Source of the DNA: Mycobacterium leprae TN | GTDB taxonomy: Bacteria; Actinomycetota; Actinomycetes; Mycobacteriales; Mycobacteriaceae | NCBI RefSeq assembly: GCF_000195855.1 | Contig: NC_002677.1 | Coordinates: 2,850,001 to 2,882,000 of the forward strand | Direction of reading: 5' to 3' | DNA length: 32,000 bases | Shown: positions 31,025 through 32,000 of the stretch, in pieces | How the letters are laid out: every line of letters starts with the position of its first letter | Position numbering within the stretch: the stretch's first letter is position 1 | Made by a program: the position numbers and the translations under genes | The notes under the pieces: model-generated | Seen by the model: the letters and a program-made list of their open reading frames with translations, nothing else | What the model was told of the DNA's origin: nothing | Database searches by the model: none

Positions 31025-32000
31025 TTGACGTCCATTTGAGAACTCCTTCTGGCCGCTGCAAGCGTCCGGTCAGCCGCGACGAGCCCGGCCAATAGCCGCT
31101 CCGTCAATCGCTCGAATTCATCGCCCCATCCGGAATTGTCGGTGCGGGCCAGGCCGCCTAGTTCGACGTTCACCGTACCGGCCGCCGGGGTGAGCCTGAC
31201 CCACACCCGGCGACGACGCACCATCAGCGACACCACTAGCCCGACCATCATCGCTATGGCGAAAACAAATACCCAAGCCTGGCCGGGATCATGTGACACC
31301 TGCAAATTGACGAACGGCACAGCCCCATCGAAGCGCACCACGGTGCCAGCCCCTGGACCTTGGCCAAGCCGGACCTGTTCGCCGGCCTGCAGATTGACCC
31401 GTTTCTCTTTGGTCAGCCGGCCCTGATTGATCAGCCGGGGATCCAGAGTGAACAACGACTGAGGCCGCCCGCTGTCCAGGCCGGTATCGCCGCGGTAAAT
31501 GTCGATGGCTACCGCGGGGGCGTTCAGCGCTGGGAAACGCGACAACAACAAGGTGCCGTCTAGCTGCTCGGTCGGTGCCAACAGGCCTTGGATCGCGATC
31601 TCGTGTTGACGACGCTCGCTCATGTTGGGATAGCTGCCTGCGGGTGGGTCGATGCGCACCACGCCCGACGACAGTAGCGTCTGCTGGTTTTCAGGTCGCC
31701 ATTGCACGGTCGACGTGCGCGTCTGTCCGTCGGGGAATGTCACAGTGAAGGTGGGCGCGTAGCCGTGGCCCTGCAAGTACACCCGGTTACCGGCGACGCG
31801 CAGTGGGTGGTTGACTTCCAACCGGTAGGGCCGCCAGCTATTCACCGTCAAATCGTGACCATCCTGATAGTCAATATCCGCAGTAAACGACATAGCCTGT
31901 CCCGAGGGCAAGTAATGTGCCGCAAAGTCGTTTACCCGAATGCAAATCGGATGCAACGAAGTTCCGTCGACGGTGTTGCCGGCACGGAACGCATCGAATG
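31021..32000 (-). CDS. ResB-like cytochrome c biogenesis protein, C-terminal part; gene continues beyond the right edge
   Basis: The listed ORF starts at an internal TTG (31956), but the frame stays open to the window edge (..FDAFRAGNTVDGTSLHPICIRVNDFA). Contains DIDYQDG, NHPLRVAGNRVYLQGHGYAPTFTVTFPDG and a C-terminal TM. It overlaps the ccsA start by 4 bp. Confidence 0.92.
   Translation of the reverse strand, partial: FDAFRAGNTVDGTSLHPICIRVNDFAAHYLPSGQAMSFTADIDYQDGHDLTVNSWRPYRLEVNHPLRVAGNRVYLQGHGYAPTFTVTFPDGQTRTSTVQWRPENQQTLLSSGVVRIDPPAGSYPNMSERRQHEIAIQGLLAPTEQLDGTLLLSRFPALNAPAVAIDIYRGDTGLDSGRPQSLFTLDPRLINQGRLTKEKRVNLQAGEQVRLGQGPGAGTVVRFDGAVPFVNLQVSHDPGQAWVFVFAIAMMVGLVVSLMVRRRRVWVRLTPAAGTVNVELGGLARTDNSGWGDEFERLTERLLAGLVAADRTLAAARRSSQMDVK

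Overview
The sequence looks like a reductively evolved mycobacterial chromosome, most probably Mycobacterium leprae. Intact genes closely resemble M. tuberculosis-type proteins and are separated by long tracts of frameshifted, stop-ridden pseudogenes. All product and Rv assignments come from recalled protein motifs and gene order; no search was run. Intact or near-intact genes: a DUF5078/Rv0455c-like secreted protein, lpd, an Rv0463-like membrane protein, an Rv1083-like protein, mca, an Rv1081c-like (DUF4307) protein, greA, metB, pra, cbs, a Bax-inhibitor-1/YccA-like membrane protein, echA9, echA8, menA, a DUF4229-like membrane protein, ccsA, and a ResB-like protein running off the right edge. 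I also support a 53-aa ORF at 28732-28893 that falls below the supplied ORF-track cutoff. Recognisable pseudogenes: echA2, a prolyl oligopeptidase, an aldehyde dehydrogenase, a DUF779 protein, a DUF255/thioredoxin-domain (YyaL-like) protein, lipU, an SGNH/GDSL esterase, fadA3, an Rv1069c-like hydrolase, a galE-like epimerase tail, an MTA/purine phosphorylase (pnp), and a ParA-like ATPase. The main structural signal is a pair of inverted, apparently near-identical 871-bp repeats (8662-9532 and 25314-26184; size fits the REPLEP family). They bracket a 15.8-kb block whose gene content corresponds to Rv1069c-Rv1084, embedded between Rv0455c-Rv0463-like and Rv0536-Rv0528-like material, so both repeats sit at synteny breakpoints. 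The two copies carry different terminal inverted repeats. I found no phage, CRISPR, BGC, toxin-antitoxin or convincing novel defence system.
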